Assembly: GCA_027310185.1 (NCBI GenBank)
Contig: DAIDBH010000006.1
Location: forward strand, 64,001-128,000
Length of the DNA: 64,000 nt
Direction: 5' to 3'
Origin: Thermoplasmatales archaeon
GTDB lineage: Archaea; Thermoplasmatota; Thermoplasmata; Thermoplasmatales; Thermoplasmataceae
Below, in pieces: positions 39,979 through 50,230 of this stretch; the first letter of the stretch is position 1, and each line of letters starts with the position of its first letter. The notes beneath the pieces are model-generated. The model ran no database searches. It was not told where the DNA came from and saw nothing but the letters and a program-made list of their open reading frames with translations. The translations under genes and the position numbers were made by a program.

Positions 39979-42969
39979 ATGAATCAGGATCTAAAGAGAA
40001 AAATTTTGAGAAAGACCAATGATATCATCGCAATGAGTTTTCAACAAGTTGAAATAATTAAAACTGTCAATATCAATGAGAAAAACGAGCAAATTCCATA
40101 TTCAATGAAGACAGATCCTGGGGACGAAATAGATATAAAGTTTAAGTTTCCACCCTTAATTCAAGATCAGAAGTTTATCATAGCATTGGACATGACTGGG
40201 ATAGGAATTGCATATGCTGATGGTATGAACATTCAATCGATTGATCCAGGTCACAGATATGTTTTACTGGATAAGGCATTCAAAGAATTAGAAATTCGAG
40301 CCAGTTCAACTTCCCTATTCGGTAGCAACATGTGGAATTTTACGATCAACAAGATGATTCTTGCCAAAGTTAATTGGAAGAAGTTTTCTGATGCTTTAAA
40401 GGTTGAGTCCATAGTTAAAAGCGCCCTGTCAAGAGATGATGAATCACTCACATTAGGTTTTCTAGATTCTCTGTATAAGGTAAAAGCCACCCCAAATATT
40501 ATGCAGCTATCTATTTCGCATATAATAGATCATAGAAATGAGGGAAGTTACGAGGAACTTGTTGACTTTTATTCTGTCCCTGTGAATGATGGAGAATTAG
40601 ATGATCTTCCTTACGGAGATTTCAGCACTCAACCTCTGGAAGAAATACTTCATAACAGTGGCATCGAGATAAAACACAATATATATCCAATGGGACACTG
40701 CCACATTGATGCTGCCTGGCTCTGGCCATACAGCGAGACAAGAAAGAAAGTGGAACGATCTTTCTTGAATGTTACCAGATTATATGATGAAAAGTATAAA
40801 TTCGTCTTTGCGCAGAGTTCAGCACTTTTCTATAGATGGGCTAAGGAAAAAAATTCTGATCTTTTCAATAGGATAAAAGAACTTGTCAAGGAAGGAAAAT
40901 GGATGCTCGTTGGAGGAATGTGGGTTGAATCAGATACAAATCTTCTGACTGGAGAGTCCCTGGCAAGGCAGTTTCAATCAGGGCAGAGGTATTTTAAGGA
41001 GAATTTTGACATTGAAGCTAAAATAGGATGGCTTCCAGACACATTCGGGTTCAGTGGTCAGTTACCACAGATCATGAAACAATCTGGAATTGAAACTTTT
41101 ATAACACACAAACTGAGATGGAACGACACAAATGTTTTCCCATATACATTCTTTAACTGGAAAGGAATCGATGACACATCCATACCAACAATTCTCGTAA
41201 ATTCAACTTATAATGGGAATATGCAGCTAGATGAAATTAACAGGGTCCTGAGCAACGTGAATAATGTTGATGATCCATATGTGTACCAGTTCGGGTATGG
41301 AGATGGTGGAGGTGGACCGAATGCGGAAATGACAGAACTCCTGAATTTCCTGCCCGAGGTTGCAGGAAATGCCAAGCCTGAATTCAGGCAGGAGGAGTTC
41401 CTGATTGATGTGAAAGAGAAATCCCCTAAAGCTCCTGTAGTTAATGGTGAACTGTATGTTGAAACGCACAGAGGTGTTTATACAACAAATTATGGAATCA
41501 AGAGGAGAGTTGCAACGCTGGAGGACAGACTTGTTGCCTGTGATTTTATAAAATCTCTACTAACAGTTAATCACATAAGTCACCAGAATGACAGTTTATC
41601 GGAGGAATGGGAAACCCTACTCACTGCACAGTTTCATGATGTATTACCGGGTTCTGCAAACTATTATGCATATATGGAAGCTTTTGAGGATCTTGATAAA
41701 GCGATTAGAAATGCTGATTCCTTTATCAATCAATCCCTGAAATTATATAGCGAAAAAATGAATTTACCACCTGGTAGAATGATTATTAACACCAGTCAAT
41801 ATGCGTTGAACTCTTCCATAGATCTGACAAGAAATTCGATTTACTTATCTGACAAGGCTGAAAAGCAAGGAATGAATGAAATCATAAATTTATCTGTTCC
41901 ACAGTTTTCCGTTAATATTAACAAAAAAGTATCAAAAGAAGTGCGTGAGGTAGATAATAGTTTTGAAATTAGAAAGACAGAAAATTCGATCTCCATCAAG
42001 GGAAATTATTACAAATTCACAATAGACGTAAAATGTAGGATTACTTTGGAGAAGAATGGTATAATTGTTTCAGATGGACGCCTGGTTGTACTGGAGGATG
42101 TGCCTGGAAGATTCGATGCCTGGAATATAGACCTTGATACCATAAATCCGGGTCATCTACTGGAAGAAAAGAAGAAGGGTTTTGATTTCAAGCAGGATGG
42201 TCCTAATTCAATAGTGTCTGTGACTATTGATTATGAGGATGATTCAGTGATCGAACAGAAGTTCATAATGAACCCGAAAAACAGTTTTATTGAGGTAAAG
42301 AACAGGATAAATCTAAAGAACAGAGAGAAACTTGTAAAATTCCTCATAAATTCAAGCATAAGAAGCAGAAAACTGAAGTGTGAGATTCCTTTTGGAATGG
42401 TAGAGAGAGATTTTTCTGAAGAAAAGAGTGCAGCCAAATTTGAGTTTCCTGCCCTGAGATTTGTCAACTGGTCTGATGAATCAATTGGTTTTTCCATTGT
42501 GGCGAGGGAACTTCATGGCTACAGTTTCGTTAACGATACCCTTGGCATAAGCCTTTTGAAAGCACCCCTATATCCCAATCCGTTTTCAGACAATGGAGAG
42601 ACAGAAGTAACATTCTTCATTCTCCCAGATAAGGACTACAAAAATATATATAAAGAACTGAATTTTGTTTTCCATCCACCCATAGTACTTCATAATGCCA
42701 GTGAAGGTGGTAAAAATTATGAAGAACAGTTGCTCAAAGTGGAAGGAGAAGACATCATGATTGAGGCTGTGAAGGAGAAGGAAGACGGTACAGGTATTTT
42801 GATGAGAACCTATGCCCTTGAAAATGGAGGAAAGTTAGTGATTTCTGGCAAGAAAAAATTCCGTATTGGAGAATCCAATATACTGGAAGATGAAAGCATG
42901 GAAATTGATGATATAAAGGAATATAAAAAGTTTGAGATCAAAAATCTGACCCTGAATTTCGATGAATAA
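39979..42969 (+). CDS. Alpha-mannosidase, GH38
   Basis: GHCHIDAAWLW, GGMWVE, WLPDTFG, GYGDGGGGP, GELYVETHRG, QFHDVLPGS. Confidence 0.94.
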   Translation: MNQDLKRKILRKTNDIIAMSFQQVEIIKTVNINEKNEQIPYSMKTDPGDEIDIKFKFPPLIQDQKFIIALDMTGIGIAYADGMNIQSIDPGHRYVLLDKAFKELEIRASSTSLFGSNMWNFTINKMILAKVNWKKFSDALKVESIVKSALSRDDESLTLGFLDSLYKVKATPNIMQLSISHIIDHRNEGSYEELVDFYSVPVNDGELDDLPYGDFSTQPLEEILHNSGIEIKHNIYPMGHCHIDAAWLWPYSETRKKVERSFLNVTRLYDEKYKFVFAQSSALFYRWAKEKNSDLFNRIKELVKEGKWMLVGGMWVESDTNLLTGESLARQFQSGQRYFKENFDIEAKIGWLPDTFGFSGQLPQIMKQSGIETFITHKLRWNDTNVFPYTFFNWKGIDDTSIPTILVNSTYNGNMQLDEINRVLSNVNNVDDPYVYQFGYGDGGGGPNAEMTELLNFLPEVAGNAKPEFRQEEFLIDVKEKSPKAPVVNGELYVETHRGVYTTNYGIKRRVATLEDRLVACDFIKSLLTVNHISHQNDSLSEEWETLLTAQFHDVLPGSANYYAYMEAFEDLDKAIRNADSFINQSLKLYSEKMNLPPGRMIINTSQYALNSSIDLTRNSIYLSDKAEKQGMNEIINLSVPQFSVNINKKVSKEVREVDNSFEIRKTENSISIKGNYYKFTIDVKCRITLEKNGIIVSDGRLVVLEDVPGRFDAWNIDLDTINPGHLLEEKKKGFDFKQDGPNSIVSVTIDYEDDSVIEQKFIMNPKNSFIEVKNRINLKNREKLVKFLINSSIRSRKLKCEIPFGMVERDFSEEKSAAKFEFPALRFVNWSDESIGFSIVARELHGYSFVNDTLGISLLKAPLYPNPFSDNGETEVTFFILPDKDYKNIYKELNFVFHPPIVLHNASEGGKNYEEQLLKVEGEDIMIEAVKEKEDGTGILMRTYALENGGKLVISGKKKFRIGESNILEDESMEIDDIKEYKKFEIKNLTLNFDE

Positions 42970-43146
42970 TTCCATTCAGAGAGATTTCCTGGAATGACAA
43001 AAATGGGTGATTTTCCTTTTTTATTTCATTTTACCTTAAAGATATTTTTACTTATGGACAGTTAAGTCCTCACAATTTGGAATAATAATTATATATTAAC
43101 ATATAAAAACAGGAAGTATGAATTGTTCAAAAGCGTATTTCTAATC

Positions 43147-43905
43147 TCATATACGGAGTATTGTTATGATCTCGAGGAAAGAAACGCCAATAAAAACTAT
43201 CCCCAGAAAATAGTATATGGTGCTATCCTTCATCTTGAGTGCCTGTCTGGCGAAATAGAATCCAGAAATAAGTGAGATAATGCCAATCAGGACTCCTCCC
43301 ACTATATCAATACTATTGAGAAGAAAATAACCTGTGGTTCCACTTATCGCAGATACAAACATGGCTAGTGTTGCTGTACCCACCATAGTTTTTGGATCCA
43401 TGGAATAAAGTAGCATCATGACGGCAATAAACATAATTCCACCACTTGTTCCCAGTGTGCCAGTGAGTATTCCTATGGGTAAACTGATAATTAACCCTGC
43501 AAGATATGGATGAGCAACCTGTCTCTTGTGCAGAGATAAACCTTTCTTCGCCCTCCTGAAAGATTGTATTGCCATCAATAGAGCCATTATGGTGAAGACT
43601 ATTTCTAGAGGTCTGTCACTAATGAAAATTGCCACATGTGCCCCTATCTGTGCGCCTATAAGTGCCCCACCACCAAGAATGAGCCCTATTCTCCAATCTA
43701 TTTTCTTACCCCTTGTATATACGTATACAACTGAAGAAGTTGTGATCACATCCACAAGAAGACTTGTACCTACTGCTATATGAAAACTGTAACCAAGGAA
43801 TGTCATTGCGGGAACAACTACTATAACACCACTTGAACCTGTGATCCCGGTAAGAATTCCGGTAATTATGCCTATTAGTGAGAATATGCCAATACTTTCA
43901 ATCAT
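43147..43905 (-). CDS. TauE/SafE family sulfite exporter
   Basis: Repeats GILTGITGSSG and GILTGTLGTSGG, AVGTSL, GAQIGA; 8 TM segments. Confidence 0.88.
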   Translation of the reverse strand: MIESIGIFSLIGIITGILTGITGSSGVIVVVPAMTFLGYSFHIAVGTSLLVDVITTSSVVYVYTRGKKIDWRIGLILGGGALIGAQIGAHVAIFISDRPLEIVFTIMALLMAIQSFRRAKKGLSLHKRQVAHPYLAGLIISLPIGILTGTLGTSGGIMFIAVMMLLYSMDPKTMVGTATLAMFVSAISGTTGYFLLNSIDIVGGVLIGIISLISGFYFARQALKMKDSTIYYFLGIVFIGVSFLEIITILRI

Positions 43906-44646
43906 CGTCTTCAGATCATCTGTTTCTTTACGGGAAACCCATTGGGTATGTTATAATATGATAAAAGTTGATCCTGTTTCCTATACTATTGATACTACGC
44001 CTCCGTTAAATATATCGTCAAAAGACCTATAGTAAGCTTTATAATTTTCAACATACAGTTTACTGTTAGGTTGTATTTATTATGGATTGACATGTTTCTA
44101 ATTTGTGCTTTATCTGTTTTAAAAAGTGTTATAACATCCCTGGAATACTGACTCATGTTAAATTCAAGTTGTTACTGTTGCAGAAACCGAATGAATAAAG
44201 CTGACAGTTTGAGTAACTAATTTGATCTTATGAGACCTAGAGCCTGAAGAGAATGAACATAATGTAGCCCCTATGGTTGAAAAATTGGAAAAAGAATTTA
44301 GATTGATCCATGGATCTGTATAATTTCCATTAAGATATGAGATGCTATAAAACTGGAATTAGATTTGAGCTTTTCCAGGTGTATAAACATACGATTAAAG
44401 ACGAACTTAAATTGGAAACACCATTAATCCCCTGGTCTTATCATGAATAAATAGGATTAAAATCAAATAAATATAAGGAAAGATTTGAGTTGCGGATTCA
44501 AGTAGAAATGAACTTTGAGAGGGAATAAATACATTGGATGGAAATACAGGGATTCTACTATAATGGGGCTTCTTAAAAACGATTAGTGACATGGTAATAA
44601 GTAAATCTCAATAGGAACCATAGAAAAAACTAATATTTTCAAAACA

Positions 44647-44719
44647 AGCCGCTGGAGGGATTTGAACCCCCGACCTGCTGATTACGAATCAGCTGCTCTA
44701 CCAACTAAGCCACAGCGGC
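44647..44719 (-). tRNA. tRNA-Thr(CGT)
   Basis: GCCGCTG/CAGCGGC acceptor, GCTGA-TTCGTAA-TCAGC anticodon arm, GGTTCAAATCC T-loop. Confidence 0.96.
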
Positions 44720-45842
44720 ATTCCTGTGCGTCTAACCCGTAGAAAGCAATTCCTGATGGGATTTTAGGGTAAAAATATGTTGATTTTGCTGGCAACACGT
44801 ATCCTTTCTTCATTGTCTTGACAAAGGCCTCCTTATCCCAAGGTGGCATCATGAATGCCATTTTTATGGGATCATCTCTTATCTCTTTCTCTGCCTCTCC
44901 CTTAATGTAAGTATACTTTATGCCAGCCCTGCCAGAACCTTTTTTTATGGACCTATCTATAATGTCCAGATAGTCGCCGTATTTCATTTCTGTTTTTGGG
45001 TCCAGTAGATATTTTGTTTCGCCGTGAATAACGACAGGATATCTTAAATCCACGCTTTCATTAGTTTTTACCAGATTGAACTTTTCACGGATCATCTCCA
45101 TTGTAACTTCATCATAATCAACTATCCTGTGGACCTGAGCTATGAATATGCTTTCTGATCTCAGGGAAGTTACAAATACGAATAAATGGTTGAAAAACTG
45201 GATATCTCCGCCATACTTTTTTGATAGGGATAGCATTGCCTTGGTCCTGTGGTGGCCATCCGCGATTATGCCTATATCGCCCTTTAGAACCTCCTGAATT
45301 CTTCCAATTTTAACAGGATCGGAAAGGATGCATATACTGTTGTAAACACCCTCAGGTTCTTCGTAAATCCTTTCGCAATTTTTCTCTGACATTACAGACC
45401 TGAGAGTTTCATTCAGCTTTGCCTGTTCGCTTACAACGAACACTGGTTCTGTCTGATATTCCATTCTTTCTATGAGCTTCTCTCTTTGATTAACAAGTTT
45501 TGTTATTACGCTTTCGTGTGGTATCAGGCAGTTTTCTGGTTCTTTTAAATTTATTATGCCGATAACACCGTATCTTTCCCTTTGGATTCCACCTTCTACG
45601 AAAACCTGTTTCAGAACCACAAATCCCTGATTGTTGTTCTTACTTATTACACCTTTTTCCTGCCATGTATTGAATAGTTTTCTTGCCTCTTCAGGGTCCT
45701 TACAATCCTTTAGATTGACAATGTTATATGGATTCTTCTTCAACTCCTTCTCCATAGCCTTTGTGATCATGTCAAATGGAGGGGATGTGACCCGTCCTAA
45801 TCCATCCTTGTAAATTGTTGGTACAAATGTTTCAAGAATCAA
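44682..45842 (-). CDS. DUF1015 family protein (ParB/Srx-like fold); 3' end overlaps tRNA-Thr
   Basis: SPPFDMI, IPHE, IADGHHR, LPAKSTYFYPKIPSG; TTG start. Confidence 0.85.
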   Translation of the reverse strand: MILETFVPTIYKDGLGRVTSPPFDMITKAMEKELKKNPYNIVNLKDCKDPEEARKLFNTWQEKGVISKNNNQGFVVLKQVFVEGGIQRERYGVIGIINLKEPENCLIPHESVITKLVNQREKLIERMEYQTEPVFVVSEQAKLNETLRSVMSEKNCERIYEEPEGVYNSICILSDPVKIGRIQEVLKGDIGIIADGHHRTKAMLSLSKKYGGDIQFFNHLFVFVTSLRSESIFIAQVHRIVDYDEVTMEMIREKFNLVKTNESVDLRYPVVIHGETKYLLDPKTEMKYGDYLDIIDRSIKKGSGRAGIKYTYIKGEAEKEIRDDPIKMAFMMPPWDKEAFVKTMKKGYVLPAKSTYFYPKIPSGIAFYGLDAQECRCGLVGRAADS

Positions 45843-45851
45843 TGCTGACCC

Positions 45852-46703
45852 TTATTTCAACAATTGATTTAAAGCTTCGATATCACTCATATATCCGTCT
45901 TCTCCCAGTGGAGTTTCAAAGATCATTGGAACGTCTTTGAAATTTCTGTCTTTAATCAGGAACCTGAACCCATCCACACCAATGGTGCCTTTTCCTATCA
46001 TTTCGTGTCTATCTGTGTGCTCTCCAAGTCCTTTCTTGCTATCATTAAGGTGGAACCCATTTATTCTTTCAATACCCACCGTACTCTTTATTTCATCAAT
46101 CATCTGGCCATAACCAGTCTCTTCTGAAAAGTTATAACCTGATGCCCATGTATGACATGTATCCAGTGTAATGCCGACCTTATCCTTCAAATCTACCTTG
46201 TCTATTATTTTTGCAATATCCCCAAATGTTTTTCCGACACTATTTCCCTGGCCAGCGCTATTTTCAATCAGTACTTTTACCATCTGATCTGAAGTGATAA
46301 CATCATTGAGCATATTCGCAACGTTGTTTATTCCTATTTCAAGAGTTGCGTCCTTGAATGAACCTGGATGAAATGTTAGAAGTTCCATTCCCAGCTTATC
46401 AGCCCTTTCTATTTCCATCCTGAAACCTTCCCTTACTTTCTCCCTAAGAATGTTGTCACTGCTGGCCGTATTCAAAAGGTAGGATGCGTGGACCATGACT
46501 GTTGGATTTCCATTATCCTTCTTCTCCTTTTTGAACTTTTTAACAATTTCTTCGTCCAGAGGTTTGGCTTTCCACTGCATCTGACTCTTTGTGAAAACCT
46601 GGTAGCTCTTAAATCCAAATTCACGTGCTCTTCCCGGTGTGGCTTCCATTCCCTTTGATGTGGATAGATGACCACCTATGTTGTTTACATCTGTAATTTT
46701 CAT
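45852..46703 (-). CDS. nfo: Endonuclease IV
   Basis: GGHLS, HASYLLN, FHPGS, IENSAGQG, LDTCH, HLNDSK, DRH, ETP. Confidence 0.95.
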   Translation of the reverse strand: MKITDVNNIGGHLSTSKGMEATPGRAREFGFKSYQVFTKSQMQWKAKPLDEEIVKKFKKEKKDNGNPTVMVHASYLLNTASSDNILREKVREGFRMEIERADKLGMELLTFHPGSFKDATLEIGINNVANMLNDVITSDQMVKVLIENSAGQGNSVGKTFGDIAKIIDKVDLKDKVGITLDTCHTWASGYNFSEETGYGQMIDEIKSTVGIERINGFHLNDSKKGLGEHTDRHEMIGKGTIGVDGFRFLIKDRNFKDVPMIFETPLGEDGYMSDIEALNQLLK

Positions 46704-46706
46704 TTT

Positions 46707-47432
46707 TCACTCTTCCTTTGTGTTAAAATCGCTGCTGTCGATTATCATTTGCACGAACTGGAACACGTGTAGTGCCAGTGCAGGGTTATCTGTGTAGCCA
46801 CACGCATTCAGATCAGGACCTGCTAAAAGTGCTCTTGATCTATCTGCAACGACATCTGTAGCTATAAGCCCCTCCTTTCTGAATATCTGTGCGTTCTGCG
46901 GAACTCTCTTGTTCGGTGGAGTCACGAAGATGACCTTCACGTTTCTCCTCATTGCGTTTTCTATGTTTTTCTTCATCTCCATCCTTATTTCCTTCACCAT
47001 TGGTGTACAGATGTAAAGTTCCTTGTCTGCGAGATTTATCAGTTCAGCTATTTTACTCATCACCTTTGATCTTCCGTATATAGTGTAAACCAGTTGAGGA
47101 TCACCCTTGGATGGCACATTGTCCTCAATCTGCCTCATTTCGGAAAAAAGGTCCTGTACCCTTGTTTCTATCTTCTTCCGTATATCCTCAAGGGTTTCAG
47201 GTTTGAACATCTTGGGCCTTCCTTCAGTTTCCCTGGCGTATCCTTTCTCCACCAGGGATTCCATGACCTTGTACGCTGATGTTCTTGGGATCTTCGCAGT
47301 ATCTGCAATCACATCAGCATTTGCAACTCCATGATATATCAGTGCAGAAAAGGCCTGTGCTTCGTAGGACGAGAGGCCAAACATCTTCAGCATTTCAGCA
47401 ACCTTTTCGAGTCGTGAGGGAATAGCATCCAT
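46707..47432 (-). CDS. TrmB-family transcriptional regulator
   Basis: FGLSSYEAQAF, IPRTSAYKVMESLVEKG, GRPKMF, plus effector domain. Confidence 0.9.
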   Translation of the reverse strand: MDAIPSRLEKVAEMLKMFGLSSYEAQAFSALIYHGVANADVIADTAKIPRTSAYKVMESLVEKGYARETEGRPKMFKPETLEDIRKKIETRVQDLFSEMRQIEDNVPSKGDPQLVYTIYGRSKVMSKIAELINLADKELYICTPMVKEIRMEMKKNIENAMRRNVKVIFVTPPNKRVPQNAQIFRKEGLIATDVVADRSRALLAGPDLNACGYTDNPALALHVFQFVQMIIDSSDFNTKEE

Positions 47433-47994
47433 ACCTAAATATGCCTTATATCTTATTATTGTTTTCCAATTATTATCATCTTAGACTAGGTTAACAACCA
47501 TCTTATCATTGCTGATTTGGGTTCTTGCTTGTCCCGTCGTAATCTTAGGTGTTACATTGTGACCTGCATTTGATTCTGTCTTTTCCGCAGCTGTTATTCT
47601 GCGATATTTCGTATTAATTTACTTCCGTTCTTTGTTATATTCTATTTTTTTATTTTCCCATGGGAAGTGAATTTGCCACCTGAAATATCCCTCTTCCAAC
47701 CTTTGTCATGTGCTAATTCCTTGAACAACGTGCCAGATTCCGGGATTAGTTTTCCACAGGAAGGTTTCATTTGAATAGCCTCAATTCTTGTTAAAAACTG
47801 TATATATGAATGCCCGAAACTTTGTTGATGGCGTTTCTATATTTCTCCATGATGATACATCTGAGTTTTACAGCTAAGATCAAATTAATTTGGATCAAAT
47901 ACCTTACCACTCCTTTAGATTATCTCAATTAATATTCAATATTATTCAACTATAATTCAATAACTATTAGTGTTATGAAATAGTACATATTGAC

Positions 47995-49239
47995 ATGGAT
48001 CAAAATCTGCAGAAAAGTGGTGAGAAAAAGAGGATAGTGATAATTGGCGCGGGATTTGGTGGGTTAAGATTCCTGTATGATCTGAAGAGGACCATTGGAA
48101 AACAGTTTGCAGTTACATTGATCGACCTGAGAACCACGAGCTTGGAAAAACCGTCTCTTGTTGAGGTTGCTCTTGCAGGTAAACCTGTAAATCACACACA
48201 GATTCCAATTGATAAGATTGCCAGGAAACAGAACGTTGAATTCATTAATTCACGAGTTGATAAGATTTTTGCTGAAAAGAACACCGTGCAACTTGAAAAT
48301 GGAAAATTTGTGGAATATGATTATCTGGTTATTGCAACGGGAGCTGTTAAGGATTATGGGGCCATTCCAGGGTTTGAAGAGTTTGCATATTCTGTATGCG
48401 ATGATGAACATGCGCCTAAAATGTGGGATGCGATCAATAATTTCAAGGGCGGGAATGTAGTCATTGGTGCATCAAAGACTATATGGGACGAAAAATCGAC
48501 TGAAATAATGCTGGATGCACCGTGCGAAGGACCAATTGGAGAGATAATGTTCATGCTTGATTTCTTTCTCAGTGAGAGGGACCTGAGGGAGATAACCAGC
48601 ATAACAGTATTCACGCCTGGAAAAGTATTTTTCGATGATGTAGGTCCGAAGATTCACGAAAAAGTAGGTTCTATAATTTCCAAGAAAGGGATAAAGGTGA
48701 TCACTGAGAAGGTGCTTGAGAAGATTGGTGAAAAGTCAGTGTTTTTCCAGGACGGAACAGAGCTTCCCAGTGATCTTACTCTAGTGATACCGCCATACGC
48801 TGGCCCGAAGGTTATAAAGGATTCAACCCTTGGAGATGATTATGGTTTCATCAAGACAGATAGGGAAATGAGACATACCCAGTATCATAACGTTTTCGTG
48901 GTTGGGGACTGCAATTCCCTGTCAATGCCAAAACTTGGCCACATAGCAGTACTTCAGGCCGATGTGGCAGTTTCATCCCTTATGAAGGAGGTCAGTGGAG
49001 TGGGAGATGTAATAGAGTTCAAACCTGAAGTGTTCTGTATAATGAACAGGGGTGGAATTGATGCGACACTTATTCTTTCCGATACCCTCTTCGGCGGCCA
49101 TGTGGATAGAACAGTTAATGGACCACTGGCCCATCTGATGAAATGGGGATTTGATTCGTATTCTTATTATACACATGGAAAGCTCCCGCCAGAACTTATC
49201 CAGTCAACGATGGAGAAGATGCTGAAAGTTCTCTCATGA
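47995..49239 (+). CDS. sqr: Sulfide:quinone oxidoreductase (archaeal type)
   Basis: GAGFGG, YDYLVIATG, SVC, CEGPIGE, VGD, PKLGHIA, VFCIM. The Cys pattern matches Acidianus-type SQR. Confidence 0.82.
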   Translation: MDQNLQKSGEKKRIVIIGAGFGGLRFLYDLKRTIGKQFAVTLIDLRTTSLEKPSLVEVALAGKPVNHTQIPIDKIARKQNVEFINSRVDKIFAEKNTVQLENGKFVEYDYLVIATGAVKDYGAIPGFEEFAYSVCDDEHAPKMWDAINNFKGGNVVIGASKTIWDEKSTEIMLDAPCEGPIGEIMFMLDFFLSERDLREITSITVFTPGKVFFDDVGPKIHEKVGSIISKKGIKVITEKVLEKIGEKSVFFQDGTELPSDLTLVIPPYAGPKVIKDSTLGDDYGFIKTDREMRHTQYHNVFVVGDCNSLSMPKLGHIAVLQADVAVSSLMKEVSGVGDVIEFKPEVFCIMNRGGIDATLILSDTLFGGHVDRTVNGPLAHLMKWGFDSYSYYTHGKLPPELIQSTMEKMLKVLS

Positions 49240-49255
49240 AATACGGTAAATTAGA

Positions 49256-50230
49256 TTACTTTCCAGCATTTTCTAGTTTATTCTTTTCTTCCTGCTTTCC
49301 CTTTTCGAAATATATGTCATAAAAGAAGTATGTAAGTATCAATAGTATGATACCTCCTATTATCGTTGCATAAAACATTTCTGTCTGCATAGCTGCGTCA
49401 TTTAGTATTGAATTTATGTTGAGGGTTCTACCCAATAAGTAAGGATACTGAGACAAGGCCACTACGAAGATAGATATGGCAAAGATTCCCTGGAAGATCA
49501 ACTTGTTCGTTATGTACTTCCTTGTGGAAGGTAGTATCCAGAGGATTGGTATAAGAAGGAACAGGATAAGCGGTATCACAGAGAGAGTACTATTGCTGTA
49601 ATCACCCAGATCATGCAGTGAAACCCCTGCAATAATGAGACCTATCACGATAACAAGCAGTGGTAGAAGACGATTTACATTGAGATCGTAGAATATGGAT
49701 GCCATTCCAAAAAGTAGAATTGCAATTCCAACTATGAATCCATCATCTGGCAGGAATGTAATGAATTTTAAGAGGTCGAAGGTTCTTGCACTGTAATCTA
49801 TACCATGTCCACCAATGAAACTGGCATAAATCAGTAGTACCATCGTTCCAAGGACAAAGGTAACCACTGCATAGACTGAATATAGTAGCTTTTTGTTTAT
49901 GGTCTTGTTTTTCCATATCATTTCAGCGAATACAATCATGGAATTACGAAGCACATAAAGAATGAGAAAAATCAGTATATACGCAATGAATGAAAAAGCA
50001 AGTAGAGGAAGAACATCTGGGACAAGACCTTCAAGGTTCACCACGTAGAAAACAAAGAGTGTTCCTGTAATCTCCCATATTGGCAACAGGAAACCAAACA
50101 CCTTCGTCTGACTTTCCTTGTATCTAAAAAGAATGGCTGAAGCGGCCATCAGTTCAGTGGACGCACTTGTGAAAAAAATCGAAAAAATCAGTATATTAAG
50201 TATTACCTCAGCATTAACTGTTCCTGTCAT
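49256..50230 (-). CDS. cydB: Cytochrome bd oxidase subunit II-like (copy 2)
   Basis: PIWEITGTLF motif, hydrophobic, 4-nt overlap with cydA copy 2. Confidence 0.75.
   Translation of the reverse strand: MTGTVNAEVILNILIFSIFFTSASTELMAASAILFRYKESQTKVFGFLLPIWEITGTLFVFYVVNLEGLVPDVLPLLAFSFIAYILIFLILYVLRNSMIVFAEMIWKNKTINKKLLYSVYAVVTFVLGTMVLLIYASFIGGHGIDYSARTFDLLKFITFLPDDGFIVGIAILLFGMASIFYDLNVNRLLPLLVIVIGLIIAGVSLHDLGDYSNSTLSVIPLILFLLIPILWILPSTRKYITNKLIFQGIFAISIFVVALSQYPYLLGRTLNINSILNDAAMQTEMFYATIIGGIILLILTYFFYDIYFEKGKQEEKNKLENAGK

Noticed and set aside
43910-44640. Long gap after tRNA-Thr, including the 61-aa ORF 44407..44592
   Set aside because: No integrase motif, att duplicate or convincing coding signal found.
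47440-47900. Short minus-strand ORFs upstream of sqr
   Set aside because: About 40 aa or less, no motifs, no supporting signals.
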